From the NCBI GenBank assembly GCA_003671255.1, contig QWPF01000001.1, positions 27,479 through 91,478 on the forward strand: a DNA stretch of 64,000 nucleotides, written 5' to 3'. The position numbers were made by a program, and so were the translations under genes. Source of the stretch: Planctomycetota bacterium (GTDB lineage Bacteria; Planctomycetota; Planctomycetia; Gemmatales; Gemmataceae). The notes under the pieces were generated by a model. The model worked only from the letters and a program-made list of their open reading frames with translations. It ran no database searches and was not told the DNA's origin. This document shows positions 47,008-56,927 of this stretch, one piece after another (position 1 is the first letter of the stretch; the number at the start of each line of letters is the position of its first letter).

Positions 47008-47100
47008 GGATCGATCTCCTGATAATCCATGGAAGGGTTCCAATACCACGCAGTAATAACATTGTGAACGATTTTTTTGAAATATGCAACAAATTAATCG

Positions 47101-47133
47101 ATAAAAAAAGAGAGACCCGTATAAACGGGCCTC
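47101..47133 (-). terminator. Intrinsic terminator downstream of the DUF3467-like gene
   Basis: On the minus-strand RNA: GAGGCCCGU / ACGGGUCUC stem (one G-U pair), loop UUAU, followed by CUUUUUUUAU. Confidence 0.65.
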
Positions 47134-47160
47134 TAGGACTGCTTCAAACTTCGTGGATTA

Positions 47161-47505
47161 TTAGTTTCCCGGGGTTCCAGGAGCGGTTTTTACCCTTTTG
47201 CGGGGGTCAAGTTCGATTACGCCAAACGCTTCTTCATGTTTTTGGAGAGTCATGCCCAAGGTGGTAAACAATCTTTTTGCGGTATAGAAGTTCATAATAA
47301 GGCGCTGATCTATACTTATTTCTTGTTTCCCAGTTGCAAACGGATTGGAATTAAGTGCCAAATCAACGATAACTTCTTCTGGTGTTGCAGTAACACGGGC
47401 AAAATTTGCATAAGCTGCATGTATATTGCGTTCAGAAAAAGTTACTTCGGTTTGCTGTCCAGCGTTTTGTTCTTCTTGTACCGCTGGCTTTTTTGGGTCT
47501 GCCAT
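47161..47505 (-). CDS. DUF3467-like small protein
   Basis: AYANFARVTATPEEVIVDLAL...RLIMNFYTAKRLFTTL follows the DUF3467 pattern as I recall it. Confidence 0.6.
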   Translation of the reverse strand: MADPKKPAVQEEQNAGQQTEVTFSERNIHAAYANFARVTATPEEVIVDLALNSNPFATGKQEISIDQRLIMNFYTAKRLFTTLGMTLQKHEEAFGVIELDPRKRVKTAPGTPGN

Positions 47506-47626
47506 TCTACGAATCTCCTGAATTTAGATAAAAAGTAACACCTCAATGTCGATCTTTAAGTTATTTTACCGGAAAAGGGAAGTTCAATTTGAAAATTATC
47601 ACATTTGCATGATAATAGATTGGTAA

Positions 47627-47700
47627 GCGCCCGTAGCTCAATTGGATAGAGCAACGGTCTTCGGAACCGTAGGTTATAGGTTCGACTCCCATCGGGCGCA
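47627..47700 (+). tRNA. tRNA-Arg (anticodon TCG)
   Basis: Hand-folded cloverleaf. Acceptor GCGCCCG/CGGGCGC. D arm GCTC-AATTGGATA-GAGC. Anticodon arm ACGGT-CTTCGGA-ACCGT. Variable loop AGGTT. T arm ATAGG-TTCGACT-CCCAT (one mismatch). Discriminator A. No encoded CCA. Confidence 0.9.
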
Positions 47701-47765
47701 TTTTTCCCTTTCTTCTGTTCCACACCATTTAAACTAGTTGGTTACTTTAACAGTTTGAAATGCTT

Positions 47766-48233
47766 TTATTTCGACACGATTTTCGTTTCTAAAAAAGCAC
47801 ATAATTTTGCTGCTTCATTTGTTCCTATTCGCAGTATCTCTTTTTCGCAATACAACACAACGCAATCTTTGCCCCAGATGTTCCAAACCCATCCGCCACG
47901 AATGCTGTGATGAATCCCCCAGCCATCCAATAGAAGGGTCCTCCCTAATTCGACTTTGATGATGTTTTTATAAATCAGTTTGCGGTTGCATAAAGGCAAA
48001 GGCAATTTGCCAAAACGAATAGTAAGAAAATCTCCTTGATCTACAACTTGGAGGTGTTGGAAACCAAACGCCAAGAAGATTACAAATATGCCTGAAAAGA
48101 GTAAAATGATTCCTGGCAAATTTGAGATGCTCCAGGAGGAAAATGTAGTGGCTGCGATAAGCTGTAATATTCCCATTGCAAAAATGATTAAATATAAAGG
48201 AGATTTTTGTATGTGATCGTATTGAGGTTGCAT
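47766..48233 (-). CDS. Small membrane protein (two TM helices plus soluble C-terminal domain), hypothetical
   Basis: Chose the internal ATG (complement of 48231-48233) to avoid overlap with the upstream gene. Helices LYLIIFAMGILQLIAATTF and GIILLFSGIFVIFLAFGF. Confidence 0.5.
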   Translation of the reverse strand: MQPQYDHIQKSPLYLIIFAMGILQLIAATTFSSWSISNLPGIILLFSGIFVIFLAFGFQHLQVVDQGDFLTIRFGKLPLPLCNRKLIYKNIIKVELGRTLLLDGWGIHHSIRGGWVWNIWGKDCVVLYCEKEILRIGTNEAAKLCAFLETKIVSK

Positions 48234-48241
48234 GATTGATA

Positions 48242-49330
48242 CTAGTTTTTTTTGTAAGCGAACCACTGCTTTAATTGCAGAAGCCCAATGTAGCCTACAA
48301 CTATTCCGCTAATAAATCCAACCAACAGGTATTTCAAGTCCCCTGAAAATAAGGTTGGCCGTATCAAGGAGGGCGGTTCGCCTTCGAGTGTGATTGCTTC
48401 TTGTTTTGGGTTTGCTTGCTCATTGTTTTCGCTTGCGTGCCTACGAAGGATTCTTGAATGTTCAAATAAGACAGGGTTGCTACTCATTTGTCTGGCGTTT
48501 ACAAGTTCGTCTAAAACTTTGGCTGCGGAGCCGGCATCCCCTGTTGCATTTAAGATTTCTCCATACAGCCAAAAAAGGTTGTTGTCCTGAGGAAAGCACG
48601 AAAGTAATTTAATCGCTAAATCCAATGCGTCAGGGTTTTGTGAGTCAAGAAAGATTGGGGAAGCTGTACCAGGTGTGTATTTGTTTTTTTTCCATTCAGA
48701 TTCGAAATCGCCAAAGATGTTAGTGATTGTATTTTGAGAAGATGATTTTCGGTCTCGATTCAATTGTTTTTCCTGAAGGAATTTAAGGAAGAACAATTCG
48801 GAACGGCGGTTGAATTGCCAAATAGGAAAGGGTGAGTCGGGTGGTTTTTGGAAAGATAGCAGGCCTTGTTTTTGGTAGTCGATCGCTCGTTCCAATAAAA
48901 GGTCATCGCTCGAGTAAGCCATTGCGAGGTTAAAGTAAAGTTGATGTTGGAGAGCAGAATTGGCATCAAGTTCTTTGCGGGCAGATTCGAGGCATGCAAT
49001 TGCTTTTGTAGGTTGATTCAGTCGTAAAAAGCAGCCCCCGAGTCTGATTTTATCTTCAGAAGTTGCGCTACCTGCGTTTAGCTTGCTTTCAAGTTCTTTA
49101 TTTAATTGAAGGTATATTGGCCTGAGTGAGGCCTCGGCTGGTTGTTGTGTGGCATCAGTGGGAATTCCCAACGCCCTTAGTTCGCTGAGTATTAGCCTCA
49201 CTTGTGCGAAGCTTGCGTTCTTTGGGATTGCCAACGGTTCGCCTGGCAAATAAATGCCTGCCAATAATGAAGCCTTGCAACTAAAAGACGCAAGGCCGAC
49301 AAGCATTAAAAGTGGTAGAGTGCGCTTCAT
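48242..49330 (-). CDS. Secreted TPR-like helical protein with C-terminal TM anchor, hypothetical
   Basis: Signal peptide [20 protein letters not shown]. Helical-repeat character. C-terminal helix [20 protein letters not shown]. Its ATG overlaps the queF stop (ATGA). Confidence 0.55.
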   Translation of the reverse strand: MKRTLPLLMLVGLASFSCKASLLAGIYLPGEPLAIPKNASFAQVRLILSELRALGIPTDATQQPAEASLRPIYLQLNKELESKLNAGSATSEDKIRLGGCFLRLNQPTKAIACLESARKELDANSALQHQLYFNLAMAYSSDDLLLERAIDYQKQGLLSFQKPPDSPFPIWQFNRRSELFFLKFLQEKQLNRDRKSSSQNTITNIFGDFESEWKKNKYTPGTASPIFLDSQNPDALDLAIKLLSCFPQDNNLFWLYGEILNATGDAGSAAKVLDELVNARQMSSNPVLFEHSRILRRHASENNEQANPKQEAITLEGEPPSLIRPTLFSGDLKYLLVGFISGIVVGYIGLLQLKQWFAYKKN

Positions 49331-49704
49331 TTATGTTGATGGTTGAATGGGTAGGTACAGGTTATATTGGTGCTGATACCGCCTCTGGGAGTGAAAGCCC
49401 CGGTAAGTTTGCAGTGTATGGGTTTTGAAACCGCAACAAAATCTTCAAGTATGCGATTAGTGACAGCTTCGTAGAACGAACCCACATTTCTAAATCTTTG
49501 GAGGTAGAGTTTTAGGGATTTCAGTTCTACGCATACCTCGGAAGGGGTGTAGGTAAAGGTCATGATGCCGAAATCTGGATGCCCGGTTTTGGGGCAAAGG
49601 GAGGTAAATTCGGGGCAAATAATCTCAATGATATAATCCCTTCCAGGGGAAGGGTTAGGGAAAGTTTCCAATTGATTGCGGTTTGGTTCATCAAAGCTTA
49701 CCAT
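49327..49704 (-). CDS. queF: NADPH-dependent 7-cyano-7-deazaguanine (preQ0) reductase, unimodular type
   Basis: Catalytic Cys context [14 protein letters not shown]. QueF motif ELKSLKLYL. Confidence 0.9.
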   Translation of the reverse strand: MVSFDEPNRNQLETFPNPSPGRDYIIEIICPEFTSLCPKTGHPDFGIMTFTYTPSEVCVELKSLKLYLQRFRNVGSFYEAVTNRILEDFVAVSKPIHCKLTGAFTPRGGISTNITCTYPFNHQHK

Positions 49705-49814
49705 CTTAACTCCGTTGCTTATTAAAGGTTGTCGTTATAATAGAATAACATTTGTAGTTTGGTGTAGTCTAGTATTTCAACTAATTTGTGGCCCATTTGT
49801 TTATTAGGAATTTC

Positions 49815-50699
49815 ATGCCAATCAAATCGTTTCTATTTTTAATGCAAACTATAGTGCTTGTTTTGGCTGTTTTATGCCTTCCTTTGGCTGCTCAAGAATT
49901 ACCAAGCCTCAAGTATGTCGATTCTTTAGAAAACCCATTGGGGGGTTATTGGCCCAATTTGGCGGCCAAGGGCAAAAATTCAAGCCTGAGAGCTACGGTG
50001 GCTGCACTTCGTGTTTATAAGTACGAAGGAAAAGCGCTTCCTAATTTTGTAAAGCATCGTGACTTTATGCTTTCTTGCTGGCATGAAAAAGATTTGGGAT
50101 TTGCAGATTTCCCGGGTGGCCCCACCGATGTTATTCTTACCTCAGTGGGGCTGATGGGCGCCCGCGATGGTGCATTTCTTAACGATGATAAACGAACCTT
50201 GGGCAAAAAATATCTCATCGAAAAGGCTCAATCTTTTGAAGAAATTCGCATGGCATCGGCCTTTCTGGCTGATGAACCTCTCGATGCTAAGCTTGCAGCA
50301 TCTTGGCAGAAAACTATTCTGCCCAGGGCTAACAAAGATGGTACTTATGGGTCTGGTTTTAGCAAACCGCGCGATAGCGCATCGGCATGGGTCACTTTGC
50401 TAAGGTTGCAATTCCCTTTGAAGAATGATGATCAACTGGGTAAGGATTTTAGAATGAAAGATGGTGGTTTTGGCAGCGAAAGTTCCGATCGATCGGATCT
50501 TGAAACTGCTTATAGGGTCTCCAGGTATTTTTACATGGTTAAGGATAAGGAAATGTTACGCAGCACCCTAGGTTTCATTGAAGCTTGCAAAAATGAAGAC
50601 GGTGGCTATGGTCCCAGACCTGGGGAAAAATCTTCCCTTGGTTCTACTTATCATGCAATTATCATAAAAAAGTGGGCAGACCCACTAATTCACAAATAA
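49815..50699 (+). CDS. Secreted prenyltransferase/squalene-oxidase-repeat-like protein
   Basis: Signal peptide MPIKSFLFLMQTIVLVLAVLCLPLAAQE. Repeated GG(Y/F)G / DGxYG motifs (NPLGGYWP, KDGTYGSGF, KDGGFGSE, EDGGYGPRPG) are typical of alpha/alpha-toroid repeats. Confidence 0.55.
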   Translation: MPIKSFLFLMQTIVLVLAVLCLPLAAQELPSLKYVDSLENPLGGYWPNLAAKGKNSSLRATVAALRVYKYEGKALPNFVKHRDFMLSCWHEKDLGFADFPGGPTDVILTSVGLMGARDGAFLNDDKRTLGKKYLIEKAQSFEEIRMASAFLADEPLDAKLAASWQKTILPRANKDGTYGSGFSKPRDSASAWVTLLRLQFPLKNDDQLGKDFRMKDGGFGSESSDRSDLETAYRVSRYFYMVKDKEMLRSTLGFIEACKNEDGGYGPRPGEKSSLGSTYHAIIIKKWADPLIHK

Positions 50700-50709
50700 G
50701 GTTTTCCCG

Positions 50710-51948
50710 ATGGCTCATCTTGCATACTTGGGTTTTGGAAGTAACTTGGGAGATTCGCAGGCTTTGATTCTTCGGGCACTTCAATGCTTGGAGCAGAAAG
50801 TTTTTGGGAAAATTCTTGCTGTTTCTAGTTTGTATAAAACTTTACCAGTTGGCGGCCCTGCAGATCAGTCTGATTATATTAATGGATGCGCTGCTATCGT
50901 TTGTAATCTTGAACCTCTGCAATTACTGGAAAAAATGCGTGCGGTAGAAGAAGAGTTTGGCAGAGTTCGAGAGGTTCTGAATGGTCCACGAACTATTGAT
51001 CTTGATTTGCTTTTATTTGATGACCAATTGGTTTCAGGTGAATTGCAGGTTCCGCATCCGAGAATGCACACGCGATCTTTTGTATTAAGGCCATTGTTTG
51101 AAATTGCACCTTTTGCTATTCACCCGATTTTGAATCGAACTATTGCGGAGCTTCTTTTTGATCTAGAGGGGATTATTCCCCTTCAATCTTCATCTGCACG
51201 GGAGTTGGAAGGCAGAAAAATATTGGTAACTGGTTCCACTTCTGGGATTGGTATGGCGTGTGCTGTTGAGCTTGCTCTTGCTGGGGCAAAGGTTGTTTTT
51301 CATGGCAGAAAGCCCTTGGATAAAATCAATGCTTATTTAGACTTCGCTGCAAATTGTTCGGGTTTTTCCCGCTATATTCAAGCTGATTTGAAATCTGAAG
51401 ATGGCTGCTCTTCTTTAATTAAACAAGCTTGGGATGATATTAATGGGCTGGATGGTGTCTTGTTGAATGCTGGTGCGGATATTCTTACGGGAGAAATCTC
51501 GCAAATGAATGTTGATCAAAAATTCAAAGAATTGATTCAAGTTGATTTGCATTCCACTTTTTCTCTCGCAAGAGAATTCGGGAAACGAATGAAACTTGCA
51601 GGTAAAGGTGTTCTCCTTACCACAGGATGGGATCAAGCTGTTACGGGGTTCAAGGGGGATAGTGGCGAAATGTTCGCTGCGATTAAAGGAGGGGTCATGA
51701 ATTTCAGTCGTAGCCTTTCTCTTTCTTTGGCACCTGAAGTTCGCGTCAATTGCATAGCGCCCGGTTGGATTAAGACATCTTGGGGAGAAACCGCTTCTGA
51801 ATACTGGCAACAAAAAGCCAAAGAAGAGTGCCCTTTGCAACGCTGGGGCGAACCTCAAGACATTGCTTCCGCAGCAAGGTGGCTTTTTTCTGACAAGTCT
51901 TCATTCGTAAGTGGGCAGATTTTGGCGATTAATGGCGGGATTGTTTAA
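50710..51948 (+). CDS. folK: Fusion of 6-hydroxymethyl-7,8-dihydropterin pyrophosphokinase (HPPK, FolK) and a short-chain dehydrogenase/reductase domain
   Basis: Residues 1-~160: AYLGFGSNLGD, LYKTLPVGGP, GPRTIDLDLLLFD, VPHPRMHTRSFVLRPLFEIAP. Residues ~170-412: ILVTGSTSGIGMA, LLNAGAD, NCIAPGWIKT. The YxxxK position reads FAAIK (51673-51687). Confidence 0.8.
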   Translation: MAHLAYLGFGSNLGDSQALILRALQCLEQKVFGKILAVSSLYKTLPVGGPADQSDYINGCAAIVCNLEPLQLLEKMRAVEEEFGRVREVLNGPRTIDLDLLLFDDQLVSGELQVPHPRMHTRSFVLRPLFEIAPFAIHPILNRTIAELLFDLEGIIPLQSSSARELEGRKILVTGSTSGIGMACAVELALAGAKVVFHGRKPLDKINAYLDFAANCSGFSRYIQADLKSEDGCSSLIKQAWDDINGLDGVLLNAGADILTGEISQMNVDQKFKELIQVDLHSTFSLAREFGKRMKLAGKGVLLTTGWDQAVTGFKGDSGEMFAAIKGGVMNFSRSLSLSLAPEVRVNCIAPGWIKTSWGETASEYWQQKAKEECPLQRWGEPQDIASAARWLFSDKSSFVSGQILAINGGIV

Positions 51949-51960
51949 AAGAGTCGTTAA

Positions 51961-52383
51961 TTAACTTTTATTGATTTCTTCAAACCGGTGAGCAAGCCTA
52001 CGACTATTGATATCCAAGGCTTCAAGGATTTGGACGACGGGATCCATGGGGATGTTCCAATCCATAGCCCAGTTAATGATATCTAGATTTTCCTGCCCGG
52101 ACTTTAGTCTATCGAGTATCCGGTCTAGTAAAACGGTGTTTTCGTGGAATTTGCGCTGAAGTAGACCAAAATCACCACGGTCAAGCTCAACCCAGAAGCG
52201 TTTGCCCTGAAGATGTTCGAGCCAACGGGCTCTTAAATAGCCCCACCAATGGCACTGAACCCATTTGCGGATCGCAACTTCACCTAAGTCGCAACCTGCT
52301 TTTTCGGATTCAATCCATTTAAAACGAAGAGCTTCTTCGTCTCCATCGACATAAACACTAGATTTTTCCATGATTTCTAGCAT
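51961..52383 (-). CDS. Hypothetical cytoplasmic protein
   Basis: Clean 140-aa ORF containing the motif FKWIESEKAGCDLGEVAIRKWV. I cannot name the family with confidence. Confidence 0.5.
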   Translation of the reverse strand: MLEIMEKSSVYVDGDEEALRFKWIESEKAGCDLGEVAIRKWVQCHWWGYLRARWLEHLQGKRFWVELDRGDFGLLQRKFHENTVLLDRILDRLKSGQENLDIINWAMDWNIPMDPVVQILEALDINSRRLAHRFEEINKS

Positions 52384-52660
52384 TATCCAATCGGGTCTAA
52401 GCGGTTAAAGGGCAGACTACATAAGCAAACCAGTTCGCCAGACTGCCTATTTTAATTATAGGGTAGTTTCGCTGGTGTGCAACTTTCAAGATGCAGATAC
52501 CTATAAATAGAATTAGTTGCAATAGGGATTATACAAGATAAAACCTTTGTATATCCCCAAAACTTTAGGTGTTTGATTAAAGTTATCTTGACCATATCCC
52601 ATTCTAACCTTATTGCTAAATTTCGTGAAATTTTGTTTGTTGAGCGAGACAATAATTCTG

Positions 52661-53545
52661 ATGGGTAGAAATGGGACTGTTTTTTTGATGCTTTTTATGT
52701 TGGCAGGCTGCCTGCCTTCCGCCGATTCTTTTGTTATCCAAGAGAAAAAGAGTGATAATTCGTTATTGAAAACTATTGATGAGAGTAATTCAATCAGGCT
52801 TGATGTTGCTTTGGTTCAGCTTCCTATGGTGGACAAAAACATTCTCGAATCAATTTGGAGTTTAGCGGATAATAACTCTGTGGGTTTGGAAAAAAAAGCA
52901 GTGTTGGAGTTGAATGGATTTAGAATTACCAGCTTTGGGAAAAATCCCCCTCCCGAACTTCTCCGCCTTTTAAGTACCGAAAAATACACGCCAAACCCTC
53001 GAAGGCTCCATGTTAAAATTGGCGCGGCTAATGTTATTCCCATAACAGGGGTAATGGATTCACTTGATACCATTCTTTTTGAAAACGATACCAATCAGGA
53101 TATTAATCTTTTAGATGCACAGGCTTTTTTAAGGGTGTCTTCCATTTCGGTTTCTGAGAATTCTTATCAACTCAAGCTCGAGCCATTGATTAAATCTGGG
53201 AAAGAAAAGCTATTGCCCAAGCCGGTTAAAACTGCATCGGGAAGTCTTGAATGGGAAATGCACTCGTTTAAGTCGGAACGCATTTTTGATCAACTTGCTT
53301 GCGAACTAAAAGTTGAGGCTGGAGATTTTCTTGTGATTGGGCCAACTGAAACCCCCAAAGATGATTTAAAGTTGATGGGGTCCAATTTTTTTTATCTGAG
53401 AAATGGCCAAAATATCATTCCTCGGGTTCTTGTTTTGCGGTGTAGCAAAAAAAGTGCGCCTCTCCGAGATACCCTGGCTGAATTTGGCAAGTCTGTCCCT
53501 CTCGCAATTCAAGCTTCCTGGAAAAATTTCGAAGACGATAAATAA
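52661..53545 (+). CDS. Hypothetical lipoprotein
   Basis: Internal ATG gives MGRNGTVFLMLFMLAGC (lipobox LAGC). No recognisable domain. Confidence 0.5.
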   Translation: MGRNGTVFLMLFMLAGCLPSADSFVIQEKKSDNSLLKTIDESNSIRLDVALVQLPMVDKNILESIWSLADNNSVGLEKKAVLELNGFRITSFGKNPPPELLRLLSTEKYTPNPRRLHVKIGAANVIPITGVMDSLDTILFENDTNQDINLLDAQAFLRVSSISVSENSYQLKLEPLIKSGKEKLLPKPVKTASGSLEWEMHSFKSERIFDQLACELKVEAGDFLVIGPTETPKDDLKLMGSNFFYLRNGQNIIPRVLVLRCSKKSAPLRDTLAEFGKSVPLAIQASWKNFEDDK

Positions 53546-53559
53546 AGGCTGTAATTACC

Positions 53560-54954
53560 ATGCCGAGTCTCTCTTTCCGATTTCTGATCATCGCTTTACT
53601 TTTATTAATGAATAATATTGCCTTTGCGCAGAAGGAAAACCAACGCTACGAGGTTGGTCGAAGATTAATTGCTTTCGAACTTGATTTTGAAGGAATAACT
53701 GACCCGAAGGTACTCAAGAACATCTGCGAAAGATTGAAACCCATTACTTTTCATTTCTTTTCTGGGCAATTGGATCAATGTGCCAAGGCCCTTGATCTTG
53801 CCCGATGGAATTGTAAGAACTCTGGTGATTCATCAAAGGTTAGGGCTTTTGCAGATTCATTAAGCATAACCCCTTCACGAAGAATTGTTGAACTCAAGGA
53901 TAAATTGATTCAGTGCGAAATAGCTTCAGTTTATGCGGTCAAGGAAAAAAGTTTATTGAAGGCTCGTGTGTATTTAAATCAGCTTAATACAAAACATATT
54001 CACGAACTTGAAGTCTTTTCGATTGAACACCTTCCCCAAAAAGTTTCAGGGAATATCCAAGGTTTGAAGGAAGGTGAATATCAATTGGTGATGGAATTGA
54101 GCAATGAAGGAAAGGTAGTGGCCAGCCATAAGGTAGCCATTAGTTTGATTCAGGATAAAACGCAGTTAATTGCATCGATGGGCGCAACAGAGCTAAAAAA
54201 AGATGTGCCAATATGGAAAGCCAGCAAACAGAACCTAGTAATTCTTTTGGATGAATTGCTATCGGGTAAAAGATTTGAAGGGGATATACCTGTAAGTCGC
54301 TTGGTTGAAAGTAAAGGTTTTTTAGATAAAGGGTTGGATGCGGTTGATGGCAAAAACGGGAGTGAGTATCTGATTGCATTTCCGGGCAGATTGGCGCCCT
54401 TGCCTGCCCGTATTTTTATACCCGCTAATGCTAAAATTTCCAAAGTTCCTTTGGTTGTTGCTTTGCATGGTGCTGGAGCTACCGAGAATATGTTCTTTGA
54501 AGCATATGGCGCAGGGAAAGTTAAAAATCTTTGCAAAGATCGAGGCTGGATGCTGCTTGCACCTCGAAATGGCATATCTGTGGATAATTTACGAATGTTG
54601 ATCAGCGAGCTTCCGATAGATCCCGAACAGGTGATTTTCATTGGGCATTCGATGGGTGCAGGGCAAGCTCTTGGATTTGCTCTTAATCATTCAAAAGAAG
54701 TTAAAGCATTAGGATTGATGGGTGGTGCGGGGGCAGTTGGGAAAAATCAAGCGTTGGGAAGCATGCCTGTTTTTGTTGGGATTGGGTCTGAAGATTTTGC
54801 AAGGGCGTCAGTCACAAGATTTGCACAAGAAGCTATGAAACAGCCTGAAAGCAAGACGATTTTAAAGGAATATGAGTCGATCGAACACAGTTCTATTTGC
54901 CAAGTGTGTCTGCCTGAGATGTTCAATTATTTTTCAATGATCTTAAAAAAGTAG
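53560..54954 (+). CDS. Secreted protein with C-terminal alpha/beta hydrolase (esterase/dienelactone-hydrolase-like) domain
   Basis: Signal peptide MPSLSFRFLIIALLLLMNNIAFAQ. VVALHGAGATENMF. Nucleophile elbow GHSMGAG. VFVGIGSEDF. Confidence 0.65.
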   Translation: MPSLSFRFLIIALLLLMNNIAFAQKENQRYEVGRRLIAFELDFEGITDPKVLKNICERLKPITFHFFSGQLDQCAKALDLARWNCKNSGDSSKVRAFADSLSITPSRRIVELKDKLIQCEIASVYAVKEKSLLKARVYLNQLNTKHIHELEVFSIEHLPQKVSGNIQGLKEGEYQLVMELSNEGKVVASHKVAISLIQDKTQLIASMGATELKKDVPIWKASKQNLVILLDELLSGKRFEGDIPVSRLVESKGFLDKGLDAVDGKNGSEYLIAFPGRLAPLPARIFIPANAKISKVPLVVALHGAGATENMFFEAYGAGKVKNLCKDRGWMLLAPRNGISVDNLRMLISELPIDPEQVIFIGHSMGAGQALGFALNHSKEVKALGLMGGAGAVGKNQALGSMPVFVGIGSEDFARASVTRFAQEAMKQPESKTILKEYESIEHSSICQVCLPEMFNYFSMILKK

Positions 54955-55051
54955 AAGGCAATCGGATTTTTCATCTTCTTTCCATAAATTAGTAATGGAT
55001 GATTCGTGCAATTATTACCCCATCTGTTTTTTAAGGGGAGGGATTACTGCT

Positions 55052-55876
55052 ATGGAACTTTTTGACAAGATTCAGGAAAGCGTTAAGGCGATCAAGGGGC
55101 GTTGGAATGGGAACCCTAAGGTAGGGATTATTCTGGGTACGGGGCTTGGTGGTTTTGCCCAAGAAATTAAGCAGGAAGCCTCCATCCCTTATAAGGATAT
55201 ACCTCATTTTCCTGAATCAACGGCGCCCACTCATACCGGCAGAATGATATGTGGCACAATTGCAGGTAAGCAGGTCGTGGCAATGGAAGGCCGATTCCAT
55301 TTTTACGAAGGCTACACGATGGAGCAGATCACTTTGCCTGTTCGTGCTCTCAAGGCTTTAGGTTGTGATATTTTGATTGTTAGTAACGCTTGCGGTGGCA
55401 TGAACCCTCAGTTTGAAAGAGGTGATATCATGTTCATTGAAGACCAGATTAATCTGATGGGCGGGAATCCATTGATTGGTAAAAATGATGATCGATTGGG
55501 CGTTCGTTTTCCGGACATGTGTTTTCCTTACGATCGGGAATTATTGAAGATTGCTTTAGATGTTGCTTTGGAAGAACGCATTCGTTGCCATAAGGGAGTT
55601 TTTGTTGCTGTTTCTGGTCCTAATCTTGAAACTCGGGCTGAATACCGATTTTTGAGGCAGGCAGGTGCTGATGTTGTTGGGATGTCTACGGTGCCCGAGG
55701 TGATTGTTGCGGTACACTCAGGTTTAAAAACATTGGGTATATCCATTATCACCGATATGTGTCTTCCGGATGCGTTGGAACCTGTTAAGTTAGAAGAGAT
55801 AGTAGCAACAGCAAATGAGGCTGAGAAAAAATTGCGGGTTTTAGTTACAAATATTGTCAGGAAAATTCCGGACTAA
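55052..55876 (+). CDS. Purine nucleoside phosphorylase (PNP family, PunA-like)
   Basis: ATG after GGGGAGGG. GIILGTGLGG, HTGRMICG, MEGRFHFYEGY, NACGGMNP, GPNLETRAEYRFLRQAGADVVGMSTVPE. Confidence 0.9.
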   Translation: MELFDKIQESVKAIKGRWNGNPKVGIILGTGLGGFAQEIKQEASIPYKDIPHFPESTAPTHTGRMICGTIAGKQVVAMEGRFHFYEGYTMEQITLPVRALKALGCDILIVSNACGGMNPQFERGDIMFIEDQINLMGGNPLIGKNDDRLGVRFPDMCFPYDRELLKIALDVALEERIRCHKGVFVAVSGPNLETRAEYRFLRQAGADVVGMSTVPEVIVAVHSGLKTLGISIITDMCLPDALEPVKLEEIVATANEAEKKLRVLVTNIVRKIPD

Positions 55877-55893
55877 TCATAAAGAGTAATATT

Positions 55894-56892
55894 ATGCCAC
55901 GCCTTGAAGGCGGTAATCCGTTGCGTACCGATGGTTTTAATTCCTTTAATCGTTTCTTACGAGATAAATTCGGGGAAAAGGTTTATCGTGTTACGATTGA
56001 TGGTGGTTTTACCTGCCCGAATGTGGATGGCACGGTTACCACGGGAGGGTGTGTTTATTGTGATAATCGTAGTTTCAGCCCTAACAGAAGGTTGCCCCGT
56101 GTAACCATCGCTGATCAACTTGAAAAAGGTATCACCTTTCTTTCCAAGTATTTTGAATGCTCAAAATTCATCGCTTATTTTCAAGCTGCAACTAATACTC
56201 ATGGGAAAATAGAAAAGCTTGAGAGGCTTTATAAAGAGGCTTTAAATCATCCGCAAGTGATTGGATTGGCAATCGGTACCCGCCCTGATTCTGTTCCCGA
56301 ACCTGTTCTAGAGTTGTTGCAAGACATTGCCAAGGATCGATTTGTCTGCCTTGAACTTGGATTGCAATCCGCCCACGATCGATCTTTAGTTTGGATGAAC
56401 CGTGGGCACGATGTGGATAGCTTTACCGATGCAGTCAGGCGCTCGAAAAATAGAAATTTGGATTTGTGCGCACATGTGATTTTAGGTCTTCCCGGTGAAT
56501 CGCATGAAGATATGCTTTATACCGCAGATTATCTTGCAGCCTTGAACATGGATGGTGTCAAAATTCACAACCTTCATGTTGTTAAAGATACTCCCATGGA
56601 AGCAATGTACCTCCGAGGTGAGGTTCCCATGATGACTCAACCGGAATATGTAAACTTGGTATGTGACTTTTTGGAAAGGCTACCTGCAAGCTATACCATT
56701 CATCGTTTGACGGGGGATGCACCAGGTGAATTTTTAATAGCCCCTGATTGGTGTGTGCGCAAGCATGAGATTCTTGCACAAATAAAACAGGAATTTAAAA
56801 AGCGTGGCACTTGCCAGGGTAGTAATTGCGATCCCTCGCGATTGGCAGGAAGTGTATTATTAAAAAGAAAAACCCTGCCAATGATGGGATAG
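55894..56892 (+). CDS. Radical SAM protein, TIGR01212 (YhcC-like) family
   Basis: GGFTCPNVDGTVTTGGCVYCDN Cys cluster and overall length fit the TIGR01212 pattern. Confidence 0.85.
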   Translation: MPRLEGGNPLRTDGFNSFNRFLRDKFGEKVYRVTIDGGFTCPNVDGTVTTGGCVYCDNRSFSPNRRLPRVTIADQLEKGITFLSKYFECSKFIAYFQAATNTHGKIEKLERLYKEALNHPQVIGLAIGTRPDSVPEPVLELLQDIAKDRFVCLELGLQSAHDRSLVWMNRGHDVDSFTDAVRRSKNRNLDLCAHVILGLPGESHEDMLYTADYLAALNMDGVKIHNLHVVKDTPMEAMYLRGEVPMMTQPEYVNLVCDFLERLPASYTIHRLTGDAPGEFLIAPDWCVRKHEILAQIKQEFKKRGTCQGSNCDPSRLAGSVLLKRKTLPMMG

Positions 56893-56927
56893 CATCGGCA
56901 AGGTTTCTATTTATGCTAACAGTTTAA

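Noticed and set aside
47506-47765. Search for tRNA-Sec (selC) or additional tRNAs near tRNA-Arg and in all spacers
   Set aside because: Only one cloverleaf could be folded (tRNA-Arg TCG). I saw no sequence with an 8-bp acceptor, a long variable arm and a UCA anticodon.
49705-49787. Possible preQ1 riboswitch in the queF leader (minus-strand CUAGACUACACCAAACUACAAAUG resembles part of the preQ1-I loop and tail)
   Set aside because: The only stem I can draw (UAGUU/AACUA) encloses a 19-nt loop. The conserved P1 helix, CCC and A-rich tail/ACUA arrangement of preQ1-I do not fit. An Infernal scan would be needed to revive this.
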